Assembly: GCA_963737655.1 (NCBI GenBank)
Contig: CAVTTN010000002.1
Span: 6,496,001 to 6,560,000, forward strand
Direction of reading: 5' to 3'
Origin: an uncultured Planctomycetota bacterium
GTDB lineage: Bacteria > Planctomycetota > Planctomycetia > Isosphaerales > Isosphaeraceae
DNA length: 64,000 nucleotides
The notes under the pieces are model-generated. The model saw only the letters and a list, made by a program, of their open reading frames with translations, was not told the DNA's origin and did not search any database. Both the position numbers and the translations under genes were made by a program. This document shows positions 30,954 to 51,378 of the stretch, one piece after another (position 1 is the stretch's first letter; the number at the start of each line of letters is the position of its first letter).

Positions 30954-32282
30954 TCAGGCCACCTCCAGGCCGGTCATCGTGCTTGTCGAGGGGCCGAAGC
31001 CGGCTTCCTCGATCCCCATCCTCCGGAGCATGGAGACGAACAGGTTCGGCAGCGGGTAGTTGCGTCCGCGGTCGAAGGCCAGGTGCTGGCCGTGGCGGAA
31101 GCCGCCGCCGGCGATCAGGGTCGGCAGGTTCGTCGTCGAGTGCGCGTTCGCGTCGCCGAGATTGGAGCCGTAGAGGACCATCGTGCGGTCGAGCAGCGCC
31201 TCGCCGTCTTCCCGGGCGGACTTCAGGCCCTTGAACAGGTCGGCGAGCAGCTTCATGTGCCATTCGTCGATGGTCTTGAGCTGCGTCAGCTTCTCCTCGG
31301 CCATCCCGTGGTGCGAGAGGTTGTGATAGCTGTCGGTGATCGTCGCGCCGGGGATCTGCACGACGGGCGTGCCGACGCTGTTGAGCATCAGCGTGATCGC
31401 GCGGGTCGAATCGGTCTCGAAGGCGAGGCGCGCGAGGTCGTACATGACCTGCACCCTGGCCATGTACTGGGCCGGGCTGGCCGGGTCGGTCGGCGGGCTG
31501 GCCTTGACCTTCGGCTTGGGCTTCTCGGCCCAGCCTCGCGACTCCTGGAGCCGGTGCTCCAGGTCGCGGACCCCCGAATAATACTGGTCGAGCCGGGCCC
31601 GATCGCGGGCGCCCACGCCCCGCCGAAGGTCCCTGGCCTGCTCGGCGACCGCGTCCAGGATGCTCCGCCCCGCGTCGATCTCGCGGATCTGCCGCTCGAT
31701 CTCGGCGGGCGTCCCTTGCAGGAAGAGCTGCTTGAACACCCCGGACGCCTGGCCCTCCGGCGGGATCGCGACGCCCGTCCGCGTCCACGACAGGCCGCGG
31801 CCGCCGTTGACCGCCAGGGTGAGCGACGGGAACCTCGTCAGCGTGCCGATCCTTTCGGCCACGAGCTGGTCGAGCGAGATCGAGTTCCGGAACGAGCTGC
31901 TGGCCGGGTGAGGGGCCGCGGTGAGGAAGCAGATGTCCGACGGATGGCCGCCGTCCACGAACGGGTGGGACACGCCGCTGAGCACGGTGAAGTCCGCGCG
32001 ATGCTCTTCGAGGTGCTTCAGATACGGCGAGAGCGTGTAATCGCGGCCGGCGTCCTCGGGGAAGAACGGCCTCGGCAAGACGCCGAGATTGTTGCAGATG
32101 CAGAACATCCGCCGGGGCACCGGGCGGGGGCCGTCGGCCGCTCTCACGGACGGGGCGCGCATCGACTCGAGCGAGGGCAGCGCCATCGCCACGGCCGAAC
32201 CGCGGAGGAAGCGTCGCCGAGAGATCGGCCTCCGCCTCGTCGCGAACGGCGGCCTGGACTCGGACCCGGTTTGCGGGCACAT
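30954..32282 (-). CDS. DUF1552-family protein with Tat-like signal
   Basis: ISRRRFLRG...[42 protein letters not shown]. Confidence 0.85.
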   Translation of the reverse strand: MCPQTGSESRPPFATRRRPISRRRFLRGSAVAMALPSLESMRAPSVRAADGPRPVPRRMFCICNNLGVLPRPFFPEDAGRDYTLSPYLKHLEEHRADFTVLSGVSHPFVDGGHPSDICFLTAAPHPASSSFRNSISLDQLVAERIGTLTRFPSLTLAVNGGRGLSWTRTGVAIPPEGQASGVFKQLFLQGTPAEIERQIREIDAGRSILDAVAEQARDLRRGVGARDRARLDQYYSGVRDLEHRLQESRGWAEKPKPKVKASPPTDPASPAQYMARVQVMYDLARLAFETDSTRAITLMLNSVGTPVVQIPGATITDSYHNLSHHGMAEEKLTQLKTIDEWHMKLLADLFKGLKSAREDGEALLDRTMVLYGSNLGDANAHSTTNLPTLIAGGGFRHGQHLAFDRGRNYPLPNLFVSMLRRMGIEEAGFGPSTSTMTGLEVA

Positions 32283-32294
32283 GGCCGGTCCCCC

Positions 32295-35065
32295 CTACTT
32301 GTTGCGGAACAGGTCGCTCTGGATGATCGCGTGGACGAGGCTGCTCACGCCGTAGTGGCCGTCCTTCGTCGCGTCGAGGATGGCCTCGATCGCCGCCCCG
32401 TCGGAGAACCGCGCCGGGGCGCCGGTGGCGAAGACGGTCAACTGCCGGGCCAGGTTCCTCGCGATCGGCCGCTCGTCCCGGACGAGGAGCCGCTTCAGCT
32501 CGCGCACGTCCTTGAACGGCCGGCCGTCGGGCAGCGCGCCGGCCGAATCGACGGGCAGGGCGAAATGGAACGCGAACGCCTGCCCGTTCATGCCGAACCC
32601 CTGGACCGCGGGGACCTTCTCGGACGCCGCGCGGTATCGCTCGCGGTAGCCGCCCATCACGTCGAAGCTCTCCAGAGCGAAGCCCGGCGGGTCCATCTTG
32701 CTGTGACAGGAGGCGCAGCTGAGGTTGGTGCGATGCTTCTCCAACTGCTGGCGGATCGTCACCGCGCCGCGGATGTCCGGCTCGACGGCCTCGACCGTCG
32801 GCGGCGGGGGCGGCGTCTCCAGCCCCAGGATCCGCTCGGTGATCCAGTGGCCGCGGAGCACGGGCGAGGTCGTCGTGCCGTTGGCCGTGACCTTCAGGAC
32901 GCTGGCCTGCGTCATGAACCCGCCCCGGAGGCCGTCTTCCGGCAGCTTCACCTTGCGGAAATGGACGCCCGAGACGCCGCCGATCCCGTAGTGATCGGCC
33001 AGCCGCTCGTTCAGGAAGGTGAAGTCGGAATCGACGATGTTCCTCGACGGCAAGTCGGCTCTCAGCAGTTCGGCGAAGAACAGCCGGGTCTCCTCCAGCG
33101 AGGCCAATTTCAGGGGGTCGTCGAGCTCGTAGTCGTTGTAGAGCGTGGCGGACGGCGCGGTGTCGTCGATCTTCCGCAGGTCGAGCCAGTAGTCGGTGAA
33201 CGCCTCGACGAACCGGCGTGATCTGGGATCGCCGAGCATCCGCTCGGCCTGGGCGCGCAGGACCTCGGGCTTGCTCAGCTCGCCGGAGTCGGCCAAGGCC
33301 CGCAAGGTGTCGTCGGGGATCGAGTTCCACAGGAACAGGGCGAGCCTCGTGGCCAGGGCGCGGTCGTCGAGCCGGCCCGGTTCCTCCTCGACGAACACGA
33401 AGCCCGGCGACGCCAGGACGGCCGTGTAGGCCGAGAGCAGGGATCGCCCGAATCCGGCCCCCTTTCCGGCCTGGTCCTCGAACAGCGCCAGGAACCGCTT
33501 GACCTCGTCCTCGGCGACCGGCCGGCGATAGGCCCGCTTCAGGAACGATCGCAGGAGCCGCTCCGCATCGTCCCTCGGCGCCGCGGATTCGACTTCATAG
33601 AGGGCCTCGCGGACGGCGCCCCGCCCGGGTCCGCCGGCTCCGGCCCGCGCCTCGCGCCGGGGCCCGCGGATGGGCCGGGGCCACCCGGGCCGATCTCGAG
33701 CGACACCCCGGGCCGCGGCGGCTCGGAAGGCACGAGTTGCAACTTGTCGAACAATCGTTCATACCCCGCGTCGGCGGTCGCGTCGTCGTGAAACGGCCCC
33801 TCGACCTCGATCCACTGGAGGGCGTAGCCCGGCATGCCGTCCTCGGTGGCCAGGGGATTGACGTATTGCTCGTCCGTACCGTTGACTCGGGCGCGGAAGA
33901 GCCGGGAGCCGTCGGTCCGCACGACCTCGTTGGCCAGGAGGTCGACGTCGATCTCGCGCACCTCGGGCCTCGGGGTCAAGTCGATGGCGCCGATCGGCCG
34001 GGTCTGGCCGCCCCCCTGCGCGTACACGCCGATCGGCTCGTCCCTCCGGCCGGGGTAGACCTCGTCCAGGTTCGGGCGGTGCCACAGGAGCGTGTGATAC
34101 ACGGGTGCCTTCGCGGCCCCCTGGCCCTCGTAGAACCATCGCGCCACGCCGCCGCCGGCGACCCAGATCGTGTACCCGGAGATCCGCAGCTTGTAGCGCG
34201 CGGCGACCGGCGCCCTCCAGCCGTTCCAGCTGTAGCCGCCCGCGTCGCTGAAGATGCTGGACACCCGGCCGACCGCCTCGCGATCGCGCGTCTCCGGTCG
34301 GGTCGCCGGGGCGCGGCCGGCGCGGACGTCCGGCTGGGCATGCGAGTCGAGCACGGGGAACGAGAGGCGGTCGGGCAGGGTCCCGTTCTCGCGGGGCCAC
34401 CAGTTCCGCAGGCTCGGCTCGTCGCGGGCATACAGCCGGCGAGTGGCCTTCGCCGGCCTCGCGAGGTGCCTCGCCATCGCCTGCCTCATGGCGTAGTCGG
34501 CCGAATCCATGAACCGCGCGATCTGGAGGTAGGAGACGTCCAGCGCCTCGCCGCTCTTGTTGAAGTGATATGCCTCGCCATCCTCGGGCAGGCGACGGGC
34601 GACCTGGGCCCAGGGGACGCCGAGCAGGTCGCGCAGGGCGTTCTGGTATTCGTCGCGATTGAGCCGGCGTCGGATCGCCCGGCCCTCGCCGGCCAGCTCC
34701 GCCCGCTCCGCGGAGATGATCGACCTCGCCAGGTCCTCGACGAAGGCGGCCTGCCGGCCGGCGTCGGGCCGGGCCTCGCCCCGGGGCGGCATCTCGCCCG
34801 CCTTCACGCGATCGTGCACCTTGATCCAGACGGCCCGGTTGGCGGGATCGCTCGGGGCGAACGCCAGGCCGGTCAGGTCGAGCCGGCCCTTCTTGCTCAC
34901 GTCATTGTGGCAGCTCGCGCAATGATCGCTGACGAACGCGTCGTCGGGGTCGGCGAGCTCGACCGCGACGGCCGACCGGCCCCCGAGCAGGACCAGCGCC
35001 GCGAGCCCGAGAATTCGGAGGCGGGACCTACCAAGGCCATCCCCGAGGGATCGGTGTCGCATCAT
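32295..35065 (-). CDS. Planctomycete cytochrome c plus DUF1587/1595/1592/1588/1585 protein (frameshifts ~33600 and ~33440)
   Basis: CASCH at both ends, [61 protein letters not shown]. Confidence 0.85.
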
Positions 35066-35118
35066 CGCTGGTTCCTGGTCGAGTGGCGTTGGCGGACCTG
35101 CGAGGGCCGGGGGCCCGC

Positions 35119-36307
35119 CTAATCCTGGAACACGAGGGCGCGAACTGGTAGAGGCTCCGCCGCCAGGTCTGCCACTCGTGGGCCGTGTTCGGGGATTCAT
35201 AGTATGTGTTCTTGATGCCCAGCTTTTCCAGCGCCTCGTGGTTCGCCTTCGCGGCGGCGGTGTTCTCCTTGCTGCCGTAGCTCACGAACAGCACTCGGAC
35301 CTTCTCCTTGAAGGCCGACGGGTCGGCCAGCGCCGGGTCATTCGCCGCGATGCTGCCGCCGCTGAAGAGCCCGATGCCCGAGAACTTGTCGAGGTTCGCG
35401 AGGGTGATCTGCTTGGTCTGCCCGCCGCCCATCGACAGCCCCGCCATGGCCCGATGCGGCTGGTCGGCGATCGTGCGGAAGTTCGCATCGATGAACGGGA
35501 TCAACTCCTCGATCATGATCTTCGCGAAGCCGGAGACGTCGAACCTCGGGCGAGGGGCGCACCGGCGCCGGCGGCGGCAGGTGCGGGGGGACGTCGCGGC
35601 CCGCCGCCGAAGTTGTTGCCGCCGTTGTCCATCACGATGAGGAACGGCTTCGATTTTCCTGCCGCGATCAGGTTGTCCATGATCAGGTTGGCACGCCCCT
35701 GGTTGCCCCACCCGGTCTCGTCCTCGAATGCGCCGTGCTGGAGATACAGCACAGGATACCGCTTGCTCGGGTCCTTGTCATAGTCGGGCGGCGTGTAGAC
35801 GAAGCAGCGGCGGGTGGCGTTGGTGCTCTTCGAGAAGTACATGGCCTGGCGGAGCTGGCCGTGAGGGACGTCCTTGACGGCGTAGAATTCCTCGTCCTGG
35901 GCCGGGATCTCGATGGCGCTGCCCATGCGGCCGGCGCCGAAGAAGAACTTGCTGCCGGGGTCCGGGACGTCGGCGCCGTCGATGTTGATCCGGTAGTAAT
36001 GGAACCCCTCATCGATGGGACGCGACGTGCCGACCCAGGCGCCGTCCTCGCCTTTGGTCAGGGTGATCCCGCCCCACTCGGGCACCTTCACGCTCTGGGC
36101 CTGGGGCGCGACGACTCGGAAGCGGGCGCGGCGCTCGGAGTTGACCTGGGGATACTCCTTGCCGCCCTGGTTGGACGACGCCGGCTTGAAATCTTCGACG
36201 ACCGTCGCGGGCTGGGCCGGCGCGGTCTGGGGAGGCGTGGCCTGCGCCAATGCGACCTGGCCGGCCAGCAGGGGCAGGAATACGAAGCCCATCGTCGCGG
36301 CCCTCAT
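35119..36307 (-). CDS. CE1-like esterase with N-terminal CBM48/E-set-like domain (frameshifts ~35555 and ~35135)
   Basis: [41 protein letters not shown]; signal peptide; start could be GTG 36352. Confidence 0.85.
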
Positions 36308-36374
36308 GACGCTGCTCCTCGGTCTTGAAGCGAAGTTCCGGCCCACGGACACAAGATCAGGGGTCGCCGTCCCG

Positions 36375-37826
<1,452 letters not shown>

Positions 37827-37879
37827 GTTCCACCCCCTTTGTGACCGGCCCTTGACCGAGGTGAGTCGTCCAGTTCTTC

Positions 37880-44336
<6,457 letters not shown>

Positions 44337-44591
44337 CGTTCGGATTCCCTCGCGATGCGAGCCGGCCGGCGGAGTCTCGGACGGACGCCCGCCCCTCGCC
44401 GGCGAAATCTGCGCAAAGCAAACCGGAGGATTCCCCAATCCCGGTTTGACGGCCTCTCCAGGGATTTCCGGCCGGGCGCCGCCTCTGGGTGCGGTCTCGT
44501 CCGAGACCCGGACGGCCCACACCACGACCTCGGAGACGCGCGGCCTCTGGATAGTCTGTTGGGAAATCCGCCGCGAAAGTTACAGCGTCCG

Positions 44592-47500
44592 TCAGAAGTT
44601 TCGGTCGGGCCCGGACCGGCGGGTCGCCGGGACCGGGTTCGCCGAGCGGACCGCCTGGACGCCGTCCCAGAACTCGCGGAGGGAACGCCGCTCCGCTTCG
44701 GGGAGCGTCGAGAGGGCGGGCTCCTCGCGGATGGACGCCAGGGCCGGATCCACCTGCCAGCGGCTGAGCCGTCGGGCGACGCCCGCTCGCTGCGAGGACG
44801 TGCCCGAATCCACGATGGCCGTCGACGCCGCGAGGTCGGCGCGGAGCCACTCGACCGCCTGGCGACGCCACTTCGCCCGCGACTCGGCCCCCGATCCGGC
44901 GAGATCCCGACCGCCCTCGGCCCCGGAACGGGCCGCGGCGCGCGCGGCCTGGAAGCGATTCATGGCCACCAAATCCGCCGCGAGCTCGGGAGAGGCCTCG
45001 AACGCCCCGGTCCAGAGGCGGGCCGCCGCCTCCGCCCGGTCTCTCGCGAAGGCCAGGCGAGCGAACGACGCGGCCTCCTCGGCGTTCGCCGGCGCCTCGC
45101 ACCCCTCCATCACGGCGGGAAGTCGCGGTTCGAGGGCGATGAGCTGCTCCGCTCGAGACACCAACATCTCGGACGTGAGGAACGGGTCCGGCGGCGGACC
45201 CGGCCCGATCCGGGCCAGCGCCTCGAGTGCCTCGCGCGGCTCGCCCGCCTCGATCAGCGCCCGGCCGAGGAAGAGATGCGACGCGGAGATTCGGGGATCG
45301 AGTCGCACGGCCTCGCGGAATTCGGCCACCGCCTCGCCCAGCCGACCGGCCGATTGCAGGGCGTGGGCGAGCGCCTTGTGCGCCACGCCCATCGCGGGGA
45401 AAAGGCGGACGGCCTCGCCCTGCTCCCGGATGGCGGCGTCCCAGTCGCCGCGATCGGAGAAGGCCAGCGCGACCTGATCCCGGACCATCCAGTCCATCGG
45501 CTTCAACCGTTTCGCCTCCGAGAATTCGGCGCGGGCCTCGGACGACGCCCCCAGCGCGAGCAGCGCCGAACCGAGCGCGACGTGCGAGAGCGGGTCGTCG
45601 GGCCGGAGCCGGGTCCACTGGCGGAACAGCTCGGCGGCCTCGCCGGGTTGTCCGCTCAGCAGGATCGCCCGACCCAGGCCGCCCAGGGCCAGGGGGCTCT
45701 GGGGCCTCACGCCCGCGGCGACGGCGTAGAAGCGGATCGCCTCCTCGGGACGATTCGAGGCCAGGAACTCGCGACCCAGGTCGGCGTTCACCCAGAAGTC
45801 GTCGCGATGCGCCGCCTGCGCCCGCCGGAGCAGGGCGATCGCCGTGTCGCGCCTCCCGAAGATCGCCAGAGAGGTCGCCAGCCGGGTGACGCTCGTGACC
45901 GGGAGATGCTCCACGTCCGCGGTGGCCGCGAGCCGCTCCAGCACTTCGAGGCGACGGGCCGGGCCGCCTTGCATGCGGCCGACCGTGTCGCGCAGGCGGT
46001 CCCTCCACGAGTCGGGATCGGCGGCCCTGGCCACCGCGACGAGGCGATCGGCACCCGCCGGGTCGTGCAGGACACGACTCCGGCGCAAGATCGCCCACTG
46101 ATCGAGGGCGCTCGCAAGCTCCGGGGCGACCGGGCTCGTCGTCAGCAGACGGCCGGCGGCCGGGGGATCGAGCGAATCGACGTCGACGCCGTAGGCGCGG
46201 AACGCGGCCGCGTAGTCGGCGTTGGCCTTCCGCTCGTCGCCGTGGACGCCGAAGTCGTTGAGGACCGCCGCCAATCGCTCGACGATCCGGCGGTCCTTTT
46301 CGACGTCCTCGATCGCCTCGCGTTCTCGCGTGAGTTCGTCGAGGAACCGGCGGACCCGCTGCGTCTGTTCGAGGGTCGCGTCGCTGCCGGTGAGGAGCGT
46401 CTCCGCGCGCCTCGCCGCCTCGATCGCCTCGACCCAGAGGATCGGGTCGCCCCCCGCGGCGATCGCCTTCTCGCGCTTCTTCGCGGAATCGGCGAGGGCG
46501 GCGTTGACTGCGACCTCCACGGCCCCGAGGCGCCGGCGTCGTTCGCGGCCCATCCACCCCCAGCCGGCCGCGCCGATCAGGCCCGTGATCAGCACCGACG
46601 CCACGAGGGCAAGCGTCAACTGACGACGACGACGCTCGCCCGCGGCCCGCGCCTCGGCCCTGACCGTCGCCAGCTCGGCATCCCGCAAGCGGCCTTCCAC
46701 GCCGCGGAGGTACGCGGTCAGTCCCAGGACGACCACGCTCGCGTCGCGGGGTCGATGTTTCGGCACGGCCGCCAGGCACGTCCGGGCCAGCGCCACGAGC
46801 TCGGCATCGGCCCCGCAGGCGTCGAGTCGCCGGAAAGCCTCCGAGAGATCGGCCCTCTCGGCCTTGCGGTAAACCTCGGAGGAAGCCTCGCCCACGAACG
46901 CCGGCTGGCCGGTCAGGATCTCGCACAGGATGGAGCCGAGGGCGAAGACGTCGGCCCGCTCGTCGAGCGTGTCCATCGCCCCGCGAGCCTGCTCCGGGGC
47001 CATGTACGAGGGGGTGCCGAGGACGGAGCCGGGCCGCGATTCCATCATCTCCGAGCCGTCCCGCCAGGTCCGAATGACCGACGCGTCATCGCCGGCGGAG
47101 CTGGGCCGATCGCCGTCCGCCTGGCCGCACAGGTCGAGCACCTTCGCGAGGCCCCAATCCATCACCTGGACCTCGCCGAAGCTGCCCACCATCACGTTCG
47201 ACGGCTTGAGGTCGCGATGGATCACGCCCTTCGAATGGGCGTAGGCCACGGTCTGGCCGACCTGCTCGAAGACGGCGAGAAATCGGGTGCGTTCGTCGTC
47301 GGGGCCCCGTCGCGCCGCCAGCAAGGCCGCCAGGGTTCGGCCCCTCACCAGCTTCATCGCGATGAACATCCGGCCGTCGGGCAGGCGGCCCAGCTCGTGA
47401 ACCGGGACGATCCCCGGATGCTGGAGCTGCCCGCCGATCTGCGCCTCCTCGACGAACCGCCGGACCATCTCGGGATGCTCGCGGTGCTCCTCGCGCATCA

Positions 47501-47913
47501 CCTTGACGGCCAGGTCGCGGCCGAGGTAGAGGTCGCGGCCCTGGAAGATGGCCCCCATCCCCCCGCGCCAGCTCGCCCAGGAGCTGATATCGGGTGGATG
47601 GGTCGGGATGCGCGTGACCTTCCGCCGAAGTCGGTCGGATCAGCGGGGCGTCATCGGACGATTCGCGAAGGTGGACACGCACCTTCGTCGAGTCGAAGGG
47701 AGGAGCCCCCTCCTCGGGCGATCCGTGGGCCTCCGGATCGAACGAGATCGCGGCCCCGAGGCGGAGAAGGCACCGGGGACAGAGCCCGGCCGGGGAGTTG
47801 CTCGGCGGGCGTTCTCCGCAGTCGGGACACGTCTCGGCTCCGCTCATCGCACCCGCCCCGTTCCGGTTCCCGTTCCCGTTCGCGTCCGACACCGAAAGCC
47901 ACCTCGTCTTCAT
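44592..47913 (-). CDS. Hanks-type Ser/Thr kinase with N-terminal CxxC..CxxC, TM segment and TPR repeats (frameshift ~47560)
   Basis: AVK, HRDLKPSN, DWG, GTPSYMAPE, DVFALG; CPDC...CPRC; C-terminal TPRs. Confidence 0.9.
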
Positions 47914-47950
47914 TGGGGAAATGGTCGCGAGCGTTACACCCCGAGCGGGC

Positions 47951-48691
47951 TCAGCCCTCCAGGGCGGCGAAGAGGGCCTGGATCTCGTCATCGACCTGGT
48001 CGGCGTCGCCGACGGTCGCCGCGATCGCCTCACGCAAGAGGAGGCCGTAGCGGCGCCGGAGGCGGTGGACCGCGACGCGGACGTTTCCTTCGGTGGTCCC
48101 CAGCCTCCGAGCGATCTCCGCGTAGGGGTCCGACTCGGGGTCCCGCGTCAGGACGGCGATCAGCTCGTCGAACCTGGCCGACCGACCCGCATCGTCGTAC
48201 TCGCCGCGGAGCCGTTCGACGACGCGGCCGAGCAGGGTCAGGGCCCAGGTCCTGTCGAAGATCCGCTCCGCGGTCATCTCGTGGGCGGGTTCGAGGGCGT
48301 AGCGGCGCTCGGCATCGAGGGGGTCGATGGCGAGCTGCGGACGGCCCCCGCCCCGCTTGGCCGCGTTCTCCCGGTCGCGGTCGCCCGCCAGGTGCCGGGC
48401 GCACACGGTGCGCAGGAAGGCGCGGAAGCGGCCCCGGGCCGGGTCGGCTCTGGCGATCAAGTCGTGCTCCAGGACGTAGGCGAAGAAGTCCTGGGTCCGG
48501 TCCTGGGCCTGCTCGGGCGAGAACCCGCGGTGGCGGACGAAGGCGTAAATGGGGTACCAGTACGCCTGGCAGAGCATCGACAGGGCCTCCCGGGCCTCCC
48601 CGTCGTCGCAGCGGGCCGCCGTGGCCACTCGGCTCCATTGCGTGGTGGGGAAGCGTCCCGGGGCGTGACCCTCGGGTTGGAGAAGCGGCAT
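47951..48691 (-). CDS. ECF sigma factor of the kinase-associated type
   Basis: FPTTQWS, YWYPIYAFVR, AQDRTQDFF, GRFRAFL, YAEIARRLG...VRVAVHRLRRR. Confidence 0.9.
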   Translation of the reverse strand: MPLLQPEGHAPGRFPTTQWSRVATAARCDDGEAREALSMLCQAYWYPIYAFVRHRGFSPEQAQDRTQDFFAYVLEHDLIARADPARGRFRAFLRTVCARHLAGDRDRENAAKRGGGRPQLAIDPLDAERRYALEPAHEMTAERIFDRTWALTLLGRVVERLRGEYDDAGRSARFDELIAVLTRDPESDPYAEIARRLGTTEGNVRVAVHRLRRRYGLLLREAIAATVGDADQVDDEIQALFAALEG

Positions 48692-49086
48692 GATCGCCCC
48701 CTGGAGCCGGACGCGTGAGACGGGACCTGCGGGAAGGCTCCGACCGATTATCGCGTCGGGACGCCGCGGTGACGAGGGCCCCGAAGTCCACCGAGGGAGC
48801 CCTCCAAGCGGGAGGCCACGCCGAGACCGCGTCCCGGAAGGCTCCGAGGGCCGACCTCTCCGCTTCGGTCTCGGCGACCGAATCCATGGTTCCGAGGGGC
48901 GTTGCATCGAAGCCGGCGCGTCTTCTTGCGCGGGGGGCGGGGCTTGTGCGGGCCGGGCCGCGTCGTGGTTGATCGTCATCTCGGCTGGACCCTTTGCCCG
49001 GCCCGGGGCGCGTGCTATCGTGTCGATCTCCCGACGGGGAGACTCCTTCCATCACGATGCACGCGGGCCTTGCGGGGGACGATGCG

Positions 49087-50250
49087 ATGAGCGGTTCGAG
49101 GAAGATGAGGACGGGCATGGTCGGCGGCGGAGGGCCCGCGAACTTCTTTGGCGCCCCCCATCGCCGGGCCATCCTGATGGACAACTCCGCCGAACTCACC
49201 GCCGGGGCGTTGCGGAGCGACTCCGAAGGCTCGATCGCCTCGGCCCGGGAGCTCTTCTTCGCGAGGGGGTACGGCGACTGGAAGACGATGATCGAGGCCG
49301 AGGCGGCGCTGCCGGAGTCCGAGAGGATCGATTACGTGACGATCGTCACGCCCAACGACGCCCACTTCGGACCGGCCGAGGCCGCCTGTTCGGCCGGGAT
49401 CGGCGTGATGTGCGAGAAGCCCCTGACGACCACCTTGGACGAGGCCCGCAAACTCGGCCAGGCCGCCTCCGCCCACAAGTCCCCGTTCGGGGTCGCCTAC
49501 ACCTACACCGGCTTCCCGATGGTCATGCTGGCGAAGGAGATGGTCCGCGACGGCAAGATCGGCAAGGTCAGGAAGGTGGAGGCGTGGTATCCCCAGGGCT
49601 GGCTCGCCACCAAGCTGGAGACCGAGGGGCAGAAGCAGGCGAGCTGGCGGGTCGATCCCAAGAAGTCGGGCGCCTCGGGGTGCGGCGGGGACATCGGCAC
49701 CCACGCCTATGAGTTCGTCCGGTTCGTGACCGGGCTGAAGGCCACGAAGTTGTCGGCGAGGCTCAAGGCGTTCGTCGAGGGCCGGGCCCTGGACGATGAT
49801 TTCACCGTCCTTTGCGAGCTGACCGAGGGCGCGATCGCCACCGTGGCGGCCAGTCAGATCACCATCGGGGCCCAGAATGACAACGGGTTCCGCGTGAGCG
49901 GGACTTCGGGCACCCTGGAATGGTCGATCACCGAGCACAACGTCCTGAAGCACTACCAGGGCGGCCAGCCCGTGAACCTGTATCGGCTCGGGGCCGAATA
50001 CGGCTACTTCCCCGCGTCGATCAAGCCGTACATCCGCGTCCCGTCGGGCCACCCGGAGGGGTTCCACGAGGCCCTGGCGAACCTCCACCGGACGCTCGAA
50101 TGGCAGATCCGGGGGTCTCGCGGCGAGGCCTGCCCGAAGCCGTTCGATCACCCCGGGATCGGCGACGGCGTGGCCGGCATGGCGTTCATCGACGCCGCCG
50201 TGACGAGCTCGAAGGACGGGGGCGCGTGGGTCGAGGTGACCGATCAGTGA
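49087..50250 (+). CDS. Gfo/Idh/MocA oxidoreductase (cytoplasmic)
   Basis: GMVGGG, TPNDAH, CEKPL, GDIGTHA, PSGHPEG. Confidence 0.9.
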   Translation: MSGSRKMRTGMVGGGGPANFFGAPHRRAILMDNSAELTAGALRSDSEGSIASARELFFARGYGDWKTMIEAEAALPESERIDYVTIVTPNDAHFGPAEAACSAGIGVMCEKPLTTTLDEARKLGQAASAHKSPFGVAYTYTGFPMVMLAKEMVRDGKIGKVRKVEAWYPQGWLATKLETEGQKQASWRVDPKKSGASGCGGDIGTHAYEFVRFVTGLKATKLSARLKAFVEGRALDDDFTVLCELTEGAIATVAASQITIGAQNDNGFRVSGTSGTLEWSITEHNVLKHYQGGQPVNLYRLGAEYGYFPASIKPYIRVPSGHPEGFHEALANLHRTLEWQIRGSRGEACPKPFDHPGIGDGVAGMAFIDAAVTSSKDGGAWVEVTDQ

Positions 50251-50271
50251 GGCGCGAGTCTCTTGATGTCC

Positions 50272-50308
50272 GATGGCATGCCCACGAAGGCGGCGACGTG
50301 GGCATGCC
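50272..50308. repeat. Single REP-like palindrome (same family as 12955-13054), between convergent genes
   Basis: GATGGCATGCCCACG-N10-CGTGGGCATGCC. Confidence 0.6.
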
Positions 50309-50316
50309 TCCCGGGC

Positions 50317-50774
50317 TTACTTCTTCTCGTCGGTCATCCGCGTGAAGACCAGGGTGTTGGGCTTCTCGTCGTCGTTGGAATCGGCCTTCTTCTCGATGAA
50401 CTCGCTGGGCAGCGCGCCTTCGGGAGGGCCCCGGCGACCTTCAGCGTCTTGTCGCCGTCGGAGAGCTGGTAGATCGCCTTGTTATCGGGGAGGACGCGGT
50501 CGTCGATCTTCATCTCGGTCCAGGTCATGGTCGGGTACGGCTTGGCCGTCTCGTCGATCTTGAACTTGCCGGCGATCTTCTTCTCGTCCCCCATCGGGGT
50601 GGTGAAGGAGATCTCGACGGTCTGCTTGGCCTTGTCGAAAGCCAGGGTCAGCGGGACGTTGCTGCTGGGTCCGGCCTTGGCCGTCCACTTGCCGTCGAGC
50701 TTGTCCTTGTCGTCGGCGAGGGCGGCCGAGGCGGCGAAGGCGATCAGGGCCAGGGCGGTCGGGAGCCTCTTCAT
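50317..50774 (-). CDS. TIGR03067-like planctomycete secreted protein (frameshift ~50420)
   Basis: Signal peptide, KLDGKW, KIDETAKP, AIYQL.GD.TLKV. Confidence 0.7.
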
Positions 50775-50857
50775 CGTCCGATCCTTCGGGTCGGGGCGGG
50801 ATGGGTTGGTCCGAGGGGGGAGATCGAGGCGATCCCCGCGTCCTTCGGCCGGCGATT

Positions 50858-51361
50858 CTAACGAGAGGAGGAGGTGGACGCCATCGAGGACTTCTCGACG
50901 TGCTCGTCGGCCTTGGGCGCGGCGGACTTGGGCCGGGTGAAGGTCACGACGTCGGCCAGGACCCCGTCGCCCGCCTTGAATTCCTTGGGCCGGGGGTTGT
51001 TCGGGCCTCCGGTGGCCATCTTGAGCTTGTCGCCGTCGATCTCGTAGATGCCGAGGACCTCGGGCAGGTCCTGGCCGTCGGTGGAGGTGAAGCCGGACCA
51101 GTCGATGGTCTTGGGCTTGGCCTTCTCGTCGATCTTGAGCGTGCCCTCGGCGTGGACCTTCAGGCCCAGGGGGGTCGAGACGTCGACGGTGACCGCCCGG
51201 CCCCGGACCTCGATGGTCACCGGGATGTCGCGCTCGGGCCCGGCGGTGGTGGTCCACTTGCCCTGGAGCTTGGCGGCGTCACCGGAGGGGGCCTCGTCGG
51301 CCCGGGATGCGGAGAAGACCAGGGAAATCAAGGCGATCGTCGCCGGGATGGACGTCTTCAT
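50858..51361 (-). CDS. TIGR03067-like planctomycete secreted protein
   Basis: Signal peptide, KLQGKW, KIDEKAKPKTID, LGIYEIDGDKLK, RPKEF. Confidence 0.8.
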   Translation of the reverse strand: MKTSIPATIALISLVFSASRADEAPSGDAAKLQGKWTTTAGPERDIPVTIEVRGRAVTVDVSTPLGLKVHAEGTLKIDEKAKPKTIDWSGFTSTDGQDLPEVLGIYEIDGDKLKMATGGPNNPRPKEFKAGDGVLADVVTFTRPKSAAPKADEHVEKSSMASTSSSR

Positions 51362-51378
51362 CGGTCGGGCCCTCGTCG

